A stretch of DNA of 64,000 bases from Eledone cirrhosa (lineage: Eukaryota), in NCBI GenBank assembly GCA_964016885.1, contig OZ024741.1, positions 385,454,001-385,518,000 of the forward strand, given 5' to 3'. Position 1 is the stretch's first letter. Each line of letters begins with the position of its first letter. Positions 23,364 through 37,769 of the stretch are shown here, piece after piece. The position numbers were made by a program, and so were the translations under genes. The notes beneath the pieces were generated by a model. The model was not told where the DNA came from and made no database searches. It saw only the letters and a list, made by a program, of their open reading frames with translations.

Positions 23364-26300
23364 TTGTGTAAGAGAGGTGTACACCTTGTGTTGTGTAACA
23401 CAGGTATATGTTGTGTAAGAGAGGTGTTCACCTTGTGTTGTGTAACACAGGTATATGTTGTGTAAGAGAGGTGTATACCTTGTGTTGTGTAACACAGGTA
23501 TATGTTGTGTAAGAGAGGTGTACACCATGTGTTGTGTAACACAGGTATATGTTGTGTAAGAGAGGTGTACACCTTGTGTTGTGTAACACAGGTATATGTT
23601 GTGTAACACAGGTATATGTTGTGTAAGAGAGGTGTACACCTTGTGTTGTGTAACACAGGTATATGTTGTGTAAGAGAGGTGTACACCATGTGTTGTGTAA
23701 CACAGGTATATGTTGTGTAAGAGAGGTGTACACCTTGTGTTGTGTAACACAGGTATATGTTGTGTAAGAGAGGTGTACACCTTGTGTTGTGTAACACAGG
23801 TATATGTTGTGTAAGAGAGGTGTACACCTTGTGTTGTGTAACACAGGTATATGTTGTGTAAGAGAGGTGTATACCTTGTGTTGTGTAACACAGGTATATG
23901 TTGTGTAAGAGAGGTGTACACCATGTGTTGTGTAACACAGGTATATGTTGTGTAAGAGAGGTGTACACCTTGTGTTGTGTAACACAGGTATATGTTGTGT
24001 AAGAGAGGTGTTCACCTTGTGTTGTGTAACACAGGTATATGTTGTGTAAGAGAGGTGTATACCTTGTGTTGTGTAACACAGGTATATGTTGTGTAAGAGA
24101 GGTGTACACCATGTGTTGTGTAACACAGGTATATGTTGTGTAAGAGAGGTGTACACCTTGTGTTGTGTAACACAGGTATATGTTGTGTAAGAGAGGTGTA
24201 CACCTTGTGTTGTGTAACACAGGTATATGTTGTGTAAGAGAGGTGTACACCTTGTGTTGTGTAACACAGGTATATGTTGTGTAAGAGAGGTGTACACCTT
24301 GTGTTGTGTAACACAGGTATATGTTGTGTAAGAGAGGTGTACACCTTGTGTTGTGTAACACAGGTATATGTTGTGTAAGAGAGGTGTACACCTTGTGCTG
24401 TGTAACACAGGTATATGTTGTGTAAGAGAGGTGTACACCTTGTGTTGTGTAACACAGGTATATGTTGTGAAGAGAGGTGTACACCTTGTGTTGTGTAACA
24501 CAGGTATATGTTGTGTAAGAGAGGTGTACACCTTGTGTTTAACACAGGTATATGTTGTGTAAGAGAGGTGTACACCATGTGTTGTGTAACACAGGTATAT
24601 GTTGTGTAAGGGAGGTGTACACCTTGTGTTTAACACAGGTATATGTTGTGTAAGAGAGGTGTACACCTTGTGTTGTTTAACACAGGTATATGTTGTGTAA
24701 GAGAGGTGTACACCTTGTGTTGTTTAACACAGGTATATGTTGTGTAAGAGAGGTGTACACCTTGTGTTGTTTAACACAGGTATATGTTGTGTAAGAGAGG
24801 TGTACACCTTGTGTTGTTTAACACAGGTATATGTTGTGTAAGAGAGGTGTACACCTTGTGTTGTGTAACACAGGTATATGTTGTGTAAGAGAGGTGTACA
24901 CCTTGTGCTGTGTAACACATGTATATGTTGTGTAAGAGAGGTGTACACCTTGTGTTGTGTAACACAGGTATATGTTGTGTAAGAGAGGTGTACACCTTGT
25001 GCTGTGTAACACATGTATATGTTGTGTAAGAGAGGTGTACACCTTGTGTTGTGTAACACATGTATATGTTGTGTAAGGGAGGTGTACACCTTGTGTTGTG
25101 TAACACAGGTATATGTTGTGTAAGGGAGGTGTACACCTTGTGCTGTGTAACACAGGTATATGTTGTGTAAGGGAGGTGTACACCATGTGTTGTGTAACAC
25201 AGGTATATGTTGTGTAAGGGAGGTGTACACCATGTGTTGTGTAACACAGGTATATGTTGTGTAAGGGAGGTGTACACCTTGTGTTGTGTAACACAGGTAT
25301 ATGTTGTGTAAGAGAGGTGTACACCATGTGTTGTGTAACACAGGTATATGTTGTGTAAGGGAGGTGTACACCTTGTGTTGTGTAACACAGGTATATGTTG
25401 TGTAAGAGAGGTGTACACCATGTGTTGTGTAACACAGGTATATGTTGTGTAAGGGAGGTGTACACCTTGTGTTGTGTAACACAGGTATATGTTGTGTAAG
25501 AGAGGTGTACACCATGTGTTGTGTAACACAGGTATATGTTGTGTAAGGGAGGTGTACACCTTGTGTTGTGTAACACAGGTATATGTTGTGTAAGAGAGGT
25601 GTACACCATGTGTTGTGTAACACAGGTATATGTTGTGTAAGAGAGGTGTACACCTTGTGCTGTGTAACACATGTATATGTTGTGTAAGGGAGGTGTACAC
25701 CTTGTGTTGTGTAACACAGGTATATGTTGTGTAAGAGAGGTGTACACCTTGTATTGTGTAACACATGTATATGTTGTGTAAGGGAGGTGTACACCTTGTG
25801 TTGTGTAACACAGATATATGTTGTGTAAGAGAGGTGTACACCTTGTGTTGTGTAACACAGGTATATGTTGTGTAAGGGAGGTGTACACCATGTGTTGTCT
25901 AACACAGATATATGTTGTGTAAGAGAGGTGTACACCTTGTGTTGTGTAACACATGTATATGTTGTGTAAGAGAGGTGTACACCATGTGTTGTGTAACACA
26001 GATATATGTTGTGTAAGAGAGGTGTACACCTTGTGTTGTGTAACACAGGTACATGTTGTGTAAGAGAGGTGTACACCTTGTGTTGTGTAACACAGGTATA
26101 TGTTGTGTAAGAGAGGTGTACACCTTATGTTGTTTAACACAGGTATATGTTGTGTAAGAGAGGTGTACACCTTGTGTTGTGTAACACAGGTATATGTTGT
26201 GTAAGAGAGGTGTACACCTTGTGTTGTGTAACACAGGTACATGTTGTGTAAGAGAGGTGTACACCTTGTGTTGTGTAACACAGGTACATGTTGTGTAAGA

Positions 26301-29300
26301 GAGGTGTACACCTTGTGTTGTGTAACACAGGTACATGTTGTGTAAGAGAGGTGTACACCTTGTGTTGTGTAACACAGGTACATGTTGTGTAAGAGAGGTG
26401 TACACCTTGTGTTGTGTAACACAGGTATATGTTGTGTAAGAGAGGTGTACACCATGTGTTGTGTAACACAGGTATATGTTGTGTAAGAGAGGTGTACACC
26501 TTATGTTGTTTAACACAGGTATATGTTGTGTAAGAGAGGTGTACACCTTGTGTTGTTTAACACAGGTATATGTTGTGTAAGGGAGGTGTACACCTTGTGT
26601 TTAACACAGGTATATGTTGTGTAAGAGAGGTGTACACCATGTGTTGTGTAACACAGGTATATGTTGTGTAAGAGAGGTGTACACCTTGTGTTGTGTAACA
26701 CAGGTACATGTTGTGTAAGAGAGGTGTACACCTTGTGCTGTGTAACACAGGTATATGTTGTGTAAGAGAGGTGTACACCATGTGTTGTGTAACACAGGTA
26801 TATGTTGTGTAAGAGAGGTGTACACCATGTGTTGTGTAACGCAGGTATATGTTGTGTAAGAGAGGTGTACACCATGTGTTGTGTAACAAAGGTATATGTT
26901 GTGTAAGAGAGGTGTACACCTTGTGTTGTGTAACACAGGTATATGTTGTGTAAGAGAGGTGTACACCATGTGTTGTGTAACACAGGTATATGTTGTGTAA
27001 GAGAGGTGTACACCTTGTGCTGTGTAACACAGGTATATGTTGTGTAAGAGAGGTGTACACCTTGTGCTGTGTAACGCAGGTATATGTTGTGTAAGAGAGG
27101 TGAACACCTTGTGTTGTGTAACAAAGGTATATGTTGTGTAAGAGAGGTGAACACCTTGTGTTGTGTAACAAAGGTATATGTTGTGTAAGAGAGGTGTACA
27201 CCTTGTATTGTGTAACACATGTATATGTTGTGTAAGAGAGGTGTACACCTTGTGTTGTGTAACACAGGTATATGTTGTGTAAGAGAGGTGTACACCTTGT
27301 GTTTAACACAGGTATATGTTGTGTAAGAGAGGTGTACACCATGTGTTGTGTAACACAGGTATATGTTGTGTAAGGGAGGTGTACACCTTGTGTTTAACAC
27401 AGGTATATGTTGTGTAAGAGAGGTGTACACCTTGTGTTGTTTAACACAGGTATATGTTGTGTAAGAGAGGTGTACACCTTGTGTTGTTTAACACAGGTAT
27501 ATGTTGTGTAAGAGAGGTGTACACCTTGTGTTGTTTAACACAGGTATATGTTGTGTAAGAGAGGTGTACACCTTGTGTTGTGTAACACAGGTATATGTTG
27601 TGTAAGAGAGGTGTACACCTTGTGCTGTGTAACACATGTATATGTTGTGTAAGAGAGGTGTACACCTTGTGTTGTGTAACACAGGTATATGTTGTGTAAG
27701 AGAGGTGTACACCTTGTGCTGTGTAACACATGTATATGTTGTGTAAGAGAGGTGTACACCTTGTGTTGTGTAACACATGTATATGTTGTGTAAGGGAGGT
27801 GTACACCTTGTGTTGTGTAACACAGGTATATGTTGTGTAAGGGAGGTGTACACCTTGTGCTGTGTAACACAGGTATATGTTGTGTAAGGGAGGTGTACAC
27901 CATGTGTTGTGTAACACAGGTATATGTTGTGTAAGGGAGGTGTACACCTTGTGTTGTGTAACACAGGTATATGTTGTGTAAGAGAGGTGTACACCATGTG
28001 TTGTGTAACACAGGTATATGTTGTGTAAGGGAGGTGTACACCTTGTGTTGTGTAACACAGGTATATGTTGTGTAAGAGAGGTGTACACCATGTGTTGTGT
28101 AACACAGGTATATGTTGTGTAAGGGAGGTGTACACCTTGTGTTGTGTAACACAGGTATATGTTGTGTAAGAGAGGTGTACACCATGTGTTGTGTAACACA
28201 GGTATATGTTGTGTAAGGGAGGTGTACACCTTGTGTTGTGTAACACAGGTATATGTTGTGTAAGAGAGGTGTACACCATGTGTTGTGTAACACAGGTATA
28301 TGTTGTGTAAGAGAGGTGTACACCTTGTGCTGTGTAACACATGTATATGTTGTGTAAGGGAGGTGTACACCTTGTGTTGTGTAACACAGGTATATGTTGT
28401 GTAAGAGAGGTGTACACCTTGTATTGTGTAACACATGTATATGTTGTGTAAGGGAGGTGTACACCTTGTGTTGTGTAACACAGATATATGTTGTGTAAGA
28501 GAGGTGTACACCTTGTGTTGTGTAACACAGGTATATGTTGTGTAAGGGAGGTGTACACCATGTGTTGTGTAACACAGATATATGTTGTGTAAGAGAGGTG
28601 TACACCTTGTGTTGTGTAACACAGGTATATGTTGTGTAAGAGAGGTGTACACCATGTGTTGTGTAACACAGATATATGTTGTGTAAGAGAGGTGTACACC
28701 TTGTGTTGTGTAACACAGGTACATGTTGTGTAAGAGAGGTGTACACCTTGTGTTGTTTAACACAGGTATATGTTGTGTAAGAGAGGTGTACACCTTGTGT
28801 TGTGTAACACAGGTATATGTTGTGTAAGAGAGGTGTACACCTTATGTTGTTTAACACAGGTATATGTTGTGTAAGAGAGGTGTACACCTTGTGTTGTGTA
28901 ACACAGGTATATGTTGTGTAAGAGAGGTGTACACCTTGTGTTGTGTAACACAGGTACATGTTGTGTAAGAGAGGTGTACACCTTGTGTTGTGTAACACAG
29001 GTACATGTTGTGTAAGAGAGGTGTACACCTTGTGTTGTGTAACACAGGTATATGTTGTGTAAGAGAGGTGTACACCATGTGTTGTGTAACACAGGTATAT
29101 GTTGTGTAAGAGAGGTGTACACCTTATGTTGTTTAACACAGGTATATGTTGTGTAAGAGAGGTGTACACCTTGTGTTGTTTAACACAGGTATATGTTGTG
29201 TAAGGGAGGTGTACACCTTGTGTTTAACACAGGTATATGTTGTGTAAGAGAGGTGTACACCATGTGTTGTGTAACACAGGTATATGTTGTGTAAGAGAGG

Positions 29301-30193
29301 TGTACACCTTGTGTTGTGTAACACAGGTACATGTTGTGTAAGAGAGGTGTACACCTTGTGCTGTGTAACACAGGTATATGTTGTGTAAGAGAGGTGTACA
29401 CCATGTGTTGTGTAACACAGGTATATGTTGTGTAAGAGAGGTGTACACCATGTGTTGTGTAACACAGGTATATGTTGTGTAAGAGAGGTGTACACCTTGT
29501 GTTTAACACAGGTATATGTTGTGTAAGAGAGGTGTACACCATGTGTTGTGTAACAAAGGTATATGTTGTGTAAGAGAGGTGTACACCTTGTGTTGTGTAA
29601 CACAGGTATATGTTGTGTAAGAGAGGTGTACACCATGTGTTGTGTAACACAGGTATATGTTGTGTAAGAGAGGTGTACACCTTGTGCTGTGTAACACAGG
29701 TATATGTTGTGTAAGAGAGGTGTACACCTTGTGCTGTGTAACGCAGGTATATGTTGTGTAAGAGAGGTGAACACCTTGTGTTGTGTAACAAAGGTATATG
29801 TTGTGTAAGAGAGGTGAACACCTTGTGTTGTGTAACAAAGGTATATGTTGTGTAAGAGAGGTGTACACCTTGTATTGTGTAACACATGTATATGTTGTGT
29901 AAGAGAGGTGTACACCTTGTGTTGTGTAACACATGTATATGTTGTGTAAGAGAGGTGTACACCTTGTGCTGTGTAACACAGGTATATGTTGTGTAAGAGA
30001 GGTGTACACCTTGTGCTGTGTAACACATGTATATGTTGTGTAAGAGAGGTGTACACCTTATGTTGTGTAACACAGGTATATGTTGTGTAAGAGAGGTGAA
30101 CACCTTGTGTTGTGTAACAAAGGTATATGTTGTGTAAGAGAGGTGTACACCTTGTGTTGTGTAACACAGGCATATGTTGTGTAAGAGAGGTGT
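23364..30193. repeat. 47-bp tandem array, ~145 copies, with higher-order structure
   Basis: Unit GTAAGAGAGGTGTACACCTTGTGTTGTGTAACACAGGTATATGTTGT. The edge is degenerate out to ~30420. Confidence 0.98.
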
Positions 30194-32794
30194 AATACAT
30201 GTCATGTATTGTGTAACAGAGATGTACATCTTGTGTTATGTAACAGGTGTCATGTATTGTGTAACAGAGGTGTGTCGTGTGTTGTGTAACACAGGTGTAC
30301 ATCTTTGTTATGTAATAGAGGTGTATGTCGTGTGTTGTATAACACAGGTATATGCTGTGTTATATAACAAAGGTGTACATCTTGTGTTATATAACAAAGG
30401 TGTATGCCTTGTGCTGTCTAAATATACTAGTCATTCACAATAGATTGACCCACTCTTCCAAAAACTGTGTATTCAATACTACTCTACAAATTTTAACATT
30501 TATACATATTCTTAGACCAAATATGTATGTACTTGAAGATTTTCATAGTAACTGTTCATTAATGTGAGCCTTGTGTTAACTTCTTATTAAACTACCTGAG
30601 AAAAATATTGTGATATTTTACCTAAGGTGACAAGAAAATACTTCTAGTAGGCTTTAAGTACTTTAACCATGGAACTGTGTTTTATAATGTAATGGATCAT
30701 TGTCACCAATAATGATGGCAATACTGTTGAATGTATTTAATTTTTGGAGTCCAGGATTAGTATGCCATATATATCAGAATTACTGGATATCTAGACAATC
30801 ATGCAAACTGGGAAATGGGCATTTTGATAAATTCATGGTTTGCAAAGAGAAACCCTATAGTTTATATTGATTATTGACACATGGAAGTGATTAAAGATAA
30901 AAATGATATTTTAATAATTTATTTCTAGGATATAAGTACATAAATGTTCAGCATGTATGTAAAAATGACATACAGGATTAAATAAATGAGAAACTTAGAG
31001 AAAATAACTATTTACAGGAATAAATGTAGTGTTACAACCTGTGATTGGAAAGGGAACTTCTTATTGTAGGAATGCGACTAAGATAGTAAATGCATTGGAG
31101 TTACAGACAGATATATATATATACAAATATACATGGCATATTATTATGGTTGTTATTTAGTATCAGGAATTAATTCTTAATATTCTGTAATGATTTAAAA
31201 ATGGGTTTGTTAATTCAAATGTTTATAGTAGCTTTACTTGGCAACATTGGGAAAATTTGCAGTATAAAAGATGTTCATGTTTAATGTTTTGAACTTTTTA
31301 AGAATACCTTGTTAATAATTGTTTCTACTTTTGGCACAAGGCCAGTAATTATCCCAGTGCATTACTGGTACTTTATTTTATCAACCTCATAAGGATGAAA
31401 GGCAAAGTTAACCTCAGTGGGATTTGAACTTGAGATACAGGGTTTTAAGAGTTATTATTGGTTTTTAGGCGTGTAACTGTTGACATTTATCCATCAAATC
31501 TGTTTGTAATGAAGCTGAAATGTTCTTATTACTCATCTCCTCTTACTGTCTTCTTGAAAATAAAGGTCGTTATTAACAATATTTCCTATACACAGAAGGT
31601 GGCAAATTGGTTGAGTTGTGCGAATGTTAGATATAATGCTTTGTGGTATTCATTCCAGCTCTCTGCTCTCAGTTCAAAATCCACTGAAGTCAACTTTGCT
31701 TTATCCATTCGAGGTCAAACAAAAAGTATCAGTCTAGTACTGGGGTCAATTCTTCCTATCCTTCTCTGGAAAAGATCTGCTGTGTTCAGACCTGGAGAGG
31801 GATGGGCTCTGCCAGGCTTAGAATGCCCAAGAAATGTTGTATGTCAATACAGTGCCCTTATGATTCCATCAGGAGTTATGGGACCATAGCATACCATCAA
31901 CAGTAATATTAATCTTTTTATCTAAGAACCCCTCATACCATTATATTCCCACTTCAACATTAATAATGTACTATGGCATCTGATCTGTGAGATTACATAT
32001 AAACTATAGAGGAAAGATTTAGGTTTATTTGCTTTCTGTGTAGTTAAATTCAACATTGTTCTAGTTCTACATCTATGAAAGTCACACAGCAGAATTTTTG
32101 CTTTGATCTTAAGATATTTCCTTTTATTCTCTTTACGTTCTGAGTTCAAATCTTGCTGTGGTTAACTTTGCCTTTCATCCATATAGGGTTGATAAAATAA
32201 AGTACCAGCATCACATTAAGATCGATTTAATTGACCCCCTCCTTCTTCCCCCCCAAAAATGTTGGTCTTTTGCCTAAATCAGAAACCATTATATTTTCTA
32301 TTAATTTGCAAACTTGTGGTATTATTTTTATATATGTCTGAAAAATCATCAATATAATTATTATGAATTATTAAACATGTTCTCATAAAATACCTGAATG
32401 TGAATATCATCATTATGTTCCTGCAACTGTGCAGCCAGTCATTGGGGTGCCACTGTAGATGCTTCTGTAGTCAGTTGTCACTATTGGTCTCTATTCTCCG
32501 TCATGCATAGAAGGGTCTCGGTGTTGTGACCAGTCCAGTTTTTTATGCTGTGTTCAGGTAGAGAGAATACCTTGATGTCCTACAGCGGCATCTTTAGGCA
32601 TAGACAGGTACATTGGTTCTCACCTGACTCTCACTATTGGCTCCGAAAACTTTTTCAGTCACACTCCAGAAACTACTTCTACTGGCAGGCTAAATTTAGT
32701 GAGGGACTGTTTAACTTTAATTAATCTAATAGGCAGAATATGGTTTTATTTACTTGAACTTGTAGTTCATTACACAAAAGAACAGTTAAAGAGA

Positions 32795-32990
32795 GGGCTC
32801 ATCTCTCTGACACGTCTCTAATACATGATCCCACCTAATGCTGTTGAAAGCATTTCTCATGTCCAGCTTCACTTGGAGGTTAGATGACGAGGGAAGTGTG
32901 TGCTCTATAAAGTGTCTGGCTGCATAAGTAGTCATCTCACATTCACATTTGACTCCCACTCTGAGCTGGACAGGGCTTTATGCCTTGATA
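32795..32990 (-). mobile_element. CRE-like reverse transcriptase fragment, degenerate
   Basis: The minus strand reads SPVQLRVGVKCECEMTTYAARHFIE..VKLDMR/NAFNSIRWDHVLE, resembling the CRE RT motif PxQLGVGxxGGCEA..KLDFxNAFNS. Confidence 0.65.
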
Positions 32991-35054
32991 AGGTCATCTT
33001 TGACTGACTTGATGCTTGGAGAGGAGATGGGCGCCACCAAACATTCTAAGGACCATTGAAATGCCATGATAGATAAACAATGTTAATGCAAATAGGAGTA
33101 ATTGGCAGTTAACAGAAGCTGGTTAACATTTAATTTGGGTGTTACTGAACTTGATGTTGCTCTGGTTAAAACTGTTCTGTAACTAGGTTAGTATATTATT
33201 AGTATTAAACCAGAGAAGTATGATTTCTACCAGATTGTAAAATCTTGAAACAGCTAACAAAGACTCTTCTATGATTTAATAATGTTAAGTCAGTCAGTCA
33301 CTTTATAGTGTCTTTTTAAGAAAGAAAGATTGTATCCATAGTATCTGAAAGCCAACATGAAATGAAAGAACAGACAGCTGTTAAATGAATTTACTATTTC
33401 CTTAGATGTTAACTGTTAACATTCTGTCATGATTTAGCAGGAAATATCTAAAAATGGCTTTGTTAATATAAATGTCTATAGTATCTTAATAAGTGGACAT
33501 GTGAAAATTAGGAATATTAGAATAAGGACTTTAATTTTTAATGTGATGCAGACATATGTATTATCGTCATCATCTGAATTTTTTTGTTGATTTTTTTCTT
33601 AGCTCCTTTATATTTTAGTTATGCAAATTACTATTGGACAAGGATATTCTCAACTATTTTTGTGTATGTTTATATCTATTAAATATCTAGGTAAAAAGGG
33701 CAATGTCATACCAGTGATACCTGTTCATTGAAAATAAAGAACAGATTGTTATGTAGCATGTTAATTTATTGAGAATTCATTCTTAATTTCTTCAAATGAT
33801 CTCCTCTTTACAGAATGTATTGGGTACATTATATTGTAACACCAGCACTAGGGAGGCTGTCATGCCCTTGACACAAATTAAAAATCCTCACAACTCTTTG
33901 TTTGGCAATTTTTATTTGGCCGGATGGCCTTCCTAACACCAACCCATATTTGTATATATATTCTCATCATCACCATTTTATGTCTATTTTCTATGCTTGC
34001 ATGGGTTATACAGTTGTCATATTCTGAGGCTAGACAGGTCCAATGTCTGTGTCTCACTCATACATTTCATTCTAGCATGGTTTCTACAGCTAGATGGCCT
34101 TCCTAATGCCAATCACTTCACAGCATGTACTGGCTGTGTTTTATTGTGCCACCAACACTTCCATCTAACATGGTCAAACAGCAGCAGATTTACTTAGCAA
34201 AACTGTCACTATTTCCTACATAGCTATAACTTGTAACAGTCATTACACATACCCTCTGTAATATTTCCCCCTTTACCTACCTATAAAGCTAAATAAGTTG
34301 TTGTTTAGTCCAGAAACAATTCTAATCAATCAGGCCCGTGTGTAAAGGCATTTAAGAGGCCAATCGTTTTTTCTCTCTGGCTGTGTGCATCTGGTTGCAT
34401 GCATCTGGTATCACATGTGTCCTCCATTTGAAGGTGATTTAGCTGTTATTTCTAGTAGGAAGAGTAGCTACATTTGCTTATAAGCAATCTGCTATATTTC
34501 ATTAAAAACTCACCTAACCCTTTTAACAACCTTGGTTTAATGTTATAAAACTCTGTTTTAAAGAGTTTATATTTATAAAAACTTCTCATCATTTGATGTA
34601 AGAACTTTTTGTCAAAACCTAATAATGGTTTCTGATTTAGGCACAAGGCCAACAATTTTGGGAGGGTAAAGTCGATTAAATCAACTCCAGTGTGTTACTG
34701 GTACTTTATTTCATCGACCCTGTAAGGATCAAAGGCAAAGCTAACCTTGGTGGGATTTGAACTCAGAACGCAAAGGGACGCGACTCGATGCCAAAAGCAT
34801 GCTGTACGATGCTCTATTATTGCCAATCCACTGCCCGATGACAAAGTTATTAATTTGACTAAATCCTTCCAAATTCCTGCTTATTTATAAATTAATTCAA
34901 ACATATTGACTGTGCATGTTATTAAGATATAATACAAAGATGGATAGGCAGTTTGGTTGTGTTCAAATAACATTGAATAGAAATGTTTGTTAAATTCATT
35001 TGTGAACTGATTTAATTACAACTGTTTTCATTGTTTTCACTGCAACCATTACAG

Positions 35055-35736
35055 TAGTGGTTCTTAACGTTGGCTGTAGTACAGCCTTAGGGCAGGAAGT
35101 GTCAAGAGACTGTTGGGTGTTTGTGTGTAGGGAGGGAGAGGTTGCTAGTGATGTTTCTTAGAAATAAAATATTTAAACCAGATAAAATACTTATATTTTT
35201 AATACATGTTCAAATAAGATCTTTGTTAGGATTAGAATAAGATTAAAAGAAAATAGAGTAAAGGCTCTCTTTCTGTCACAAACAACCATAGGATTTGTAC
35301 CTAGAAAGTTTCCCTTCCGAGGTACAGGTTGGGCAAGGTGTTATTGTGGAAGACCAGCAGTCGCCCATGCATACCAGTCTCCCCTCTACACACCACTGAT
35401 GATCTTCACAGGAAAGGCAAAGACCATTACAGCTTGGCACATGTGACATCACAACTCATTTCTACAGCTGAGTAAACTGGAGTAACATGAAATAAAATGT
35501 CTTGCTCAAGAACATAATGCCTCACCCAGTCTGGGAAACAAACTCATACCCCCAGGTTTGTCAATCTGATGCTCTAACCACTAAGCCACACACCTGCACA
35601 TGCTGGATGAGATAATATAAGTGATTATGGATAATAAACCACTGCACAAAATTAGCATCTGTTTGATTGGGAATCATGAAGAGGCGTTGTTTGTAAAATA
35701 CTCCTTGGTGAGTTACAAAAGGTTGAAAACTGCCTG
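35055..35736. mobile_element. hAT/Charlie-like MITE interrupted by a SINE (~35260-35600)
   Basis: Termini TAGTGGTTCTTAACGTT ... AAGGTTGAAAACTGCCTG resemble CAGTGGTTCTCAACCT-type TIRs. Confidence 0.5.
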
Positions 35737-35939
35737 AGAGAAGTTAGTTTTAAAAATAAAGTATATTGAAGACGTTACATGACAGTATTTCTACATAGGT
35801 AAGGCAGTGAATTGGCTGAGTCATTAGAACGTCAGATAGAATACATTGTGTTATTTGTTCGGGCTCTTTGCTCTCTGAATTCAAATCCTGCCAAGGTCAA
35901 CTTAGCCCGTCATTCTTTTAAGGTTAATAAATATAATAT

Positions 35940-36617
35940 CAAAAGCATAAACGAACTAAGGAAAAAATTAGAGATAAGAGGGATCAGATGTTGTTTACTC
36001 GAGAGGAGGCTACGTTGGTATGGACACGTGATGCGCATGAAAGTCGATAGCTGTATAACAAAGTGCAGGGCAATAAAGATAGACGGTAGTCACGGAATAG
36101 GCAGACCTAGAAAAACCTGGGACGAGCTGATAAACTCCGACATCACACACTTACACCTCTCCAAGACAATGTCACTGGACCGAGACCTTTGGCGGTACTC
36201 AGTAACAGAGAAGACCCGCCTTACCTAAATATATAGTAAAACCTACTCCAGCCAGTAGGCATCTCTAACAAAATACACCCCGTCCCACCACCCCCACCCC
36301 CACCCCATCCACACCACCCCGTTCTATGTAAAGTTATGTTGGTGCCGCGCCATCGAGGCCGAAACAAATGAGATCGTGTAGGTGTCACGACAAAAAAACA
36401 CACAGTCCACGCTGTAATGTGGCCGTGTAGGCAACACGGTAAAAACCTCCCAGACCCACACTGTAAATGTGGTTGGTGTTAGGAAGGGCATCCAACTGTA
36501 GAAAACCTGCCAGACAGTCCTATGCGAGCAAGACAATCACTCTTGCCTCAAGTGGGACTACCCCCGTCCAAACCCATGCAAGCGTGGAACACGGACGTTA
36601 AACGTTGATGATGATGA

Positions 36618-36663
<46 letters not shown>

Positions 36664-37282
36664 GACGAGCTGATAAATTCCGACCTCACACGCTTACACC
36701 TCTCCAAGACAATGTCACTGGACCGAGACCTTTGGCGGTACTCAGTAATAGAGAAGACCCGCCTTACCTAAATACAAAGTAAAAACCTACTTCAGTCAGT
36801 AGGCATCTCTATCAAAACACCCCCCCCCCCCCCGTTACACCACCTCCACCCCATCCACACCGCCCCTTTCAATGTACAGTTATGTTGGTCCCACAACATC
36901 CAGGCCGAAACAAATGAGATCGTGTAGGTGTCACGACAAAAAAACACACAGTCCACGCTGTAAATGTGGCCGTGTAGGCAACACGGTAAAAACCTCCCAG
37001 CCCCACACTGTAAATGTGGTTGGTGTTAGGAAGGGCATCCAGCTGTAGAAAACCCGCCAGACAGTCCACGCTGTAATGTGGCCGTGTAGGCAACACGGTA
37101 AAAACCTCCCAGCCCCACACTGTAAATGTGGTTGGTGTTAGGAAGGGCATCCAACTGTAGAAAACCCGCCAGACAGTCCTATGCGAGCAAGACAACCACT
37201 CTTGCCTCAAGTGGGAAAACCCCCGTCCAAACCCATGCAAGCGTGGAACACGGACGCTAAACCTGATGATGATGATGATGAT
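35940..37282 (+). mobile_element. RTE-clade LINE 3' end (family C), tandemly duplicated
   Basis: ELRKKLEIRGIRCCLLERRLRWYGHVMRM..GRPRKTWDELI..DRDLWR. The segment from TGGGACGAGCTG to the (GAT)n tail is present twice (36118-36620 and 36661-37282), separated by (TA)n. Confidence 0.88.
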
Positions 37283-37302
37283 CAATCTAGTACTGAGGTT
37301 GA

Positions 37303-37412
<110 letters not shown>

Positions 37413-37769
37413 GAAGTAGACCTGGAGAAAGATGGGCTTCACCAGGTTTAAATACCCAAGACATGCTGCTGTATATCACTATGGTCCCCCTATGACTTAT
37501 TCAGAACTTAAAGGCTCATGGGTGGATGGATTTCTATATAGGTGGAAGGACTTATTGTTTTTAATATAACAATGTCGTGTTACCACACTGATTTTTTTTA
37601 ATAAATACTTGATGTATTTTATTGCTCTCACCTGTGGAACTCATTTCTTAATTTATCAACTAAATATTAGGGAAGACAATCTACTCATGCTTATGGAAGT
37701 AAATCTATTCCATATGCCACTACTATAAATGAAAATTAAGGGACAGTCTGTCTTGTGGTCCCAGCCAAC

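Noticed and set aside
23364-30193. CRISPR-like array (palindromic repeats)
   Set aside because: There are no unique spacers, the units are contiguous, no cas genes are present, and the context is eukaryotic.
23291-30302. Many long minus-strand ORFs (up to 545 aa) with a 47-aa His/Cys/Tyr/Thr repeat
   Set aside because: The 47-nt unit has no minus-strand stop, so all three frames read the same peptide. TAA-creating variants and 44-bp units break them at random, which is a satellite artefact.
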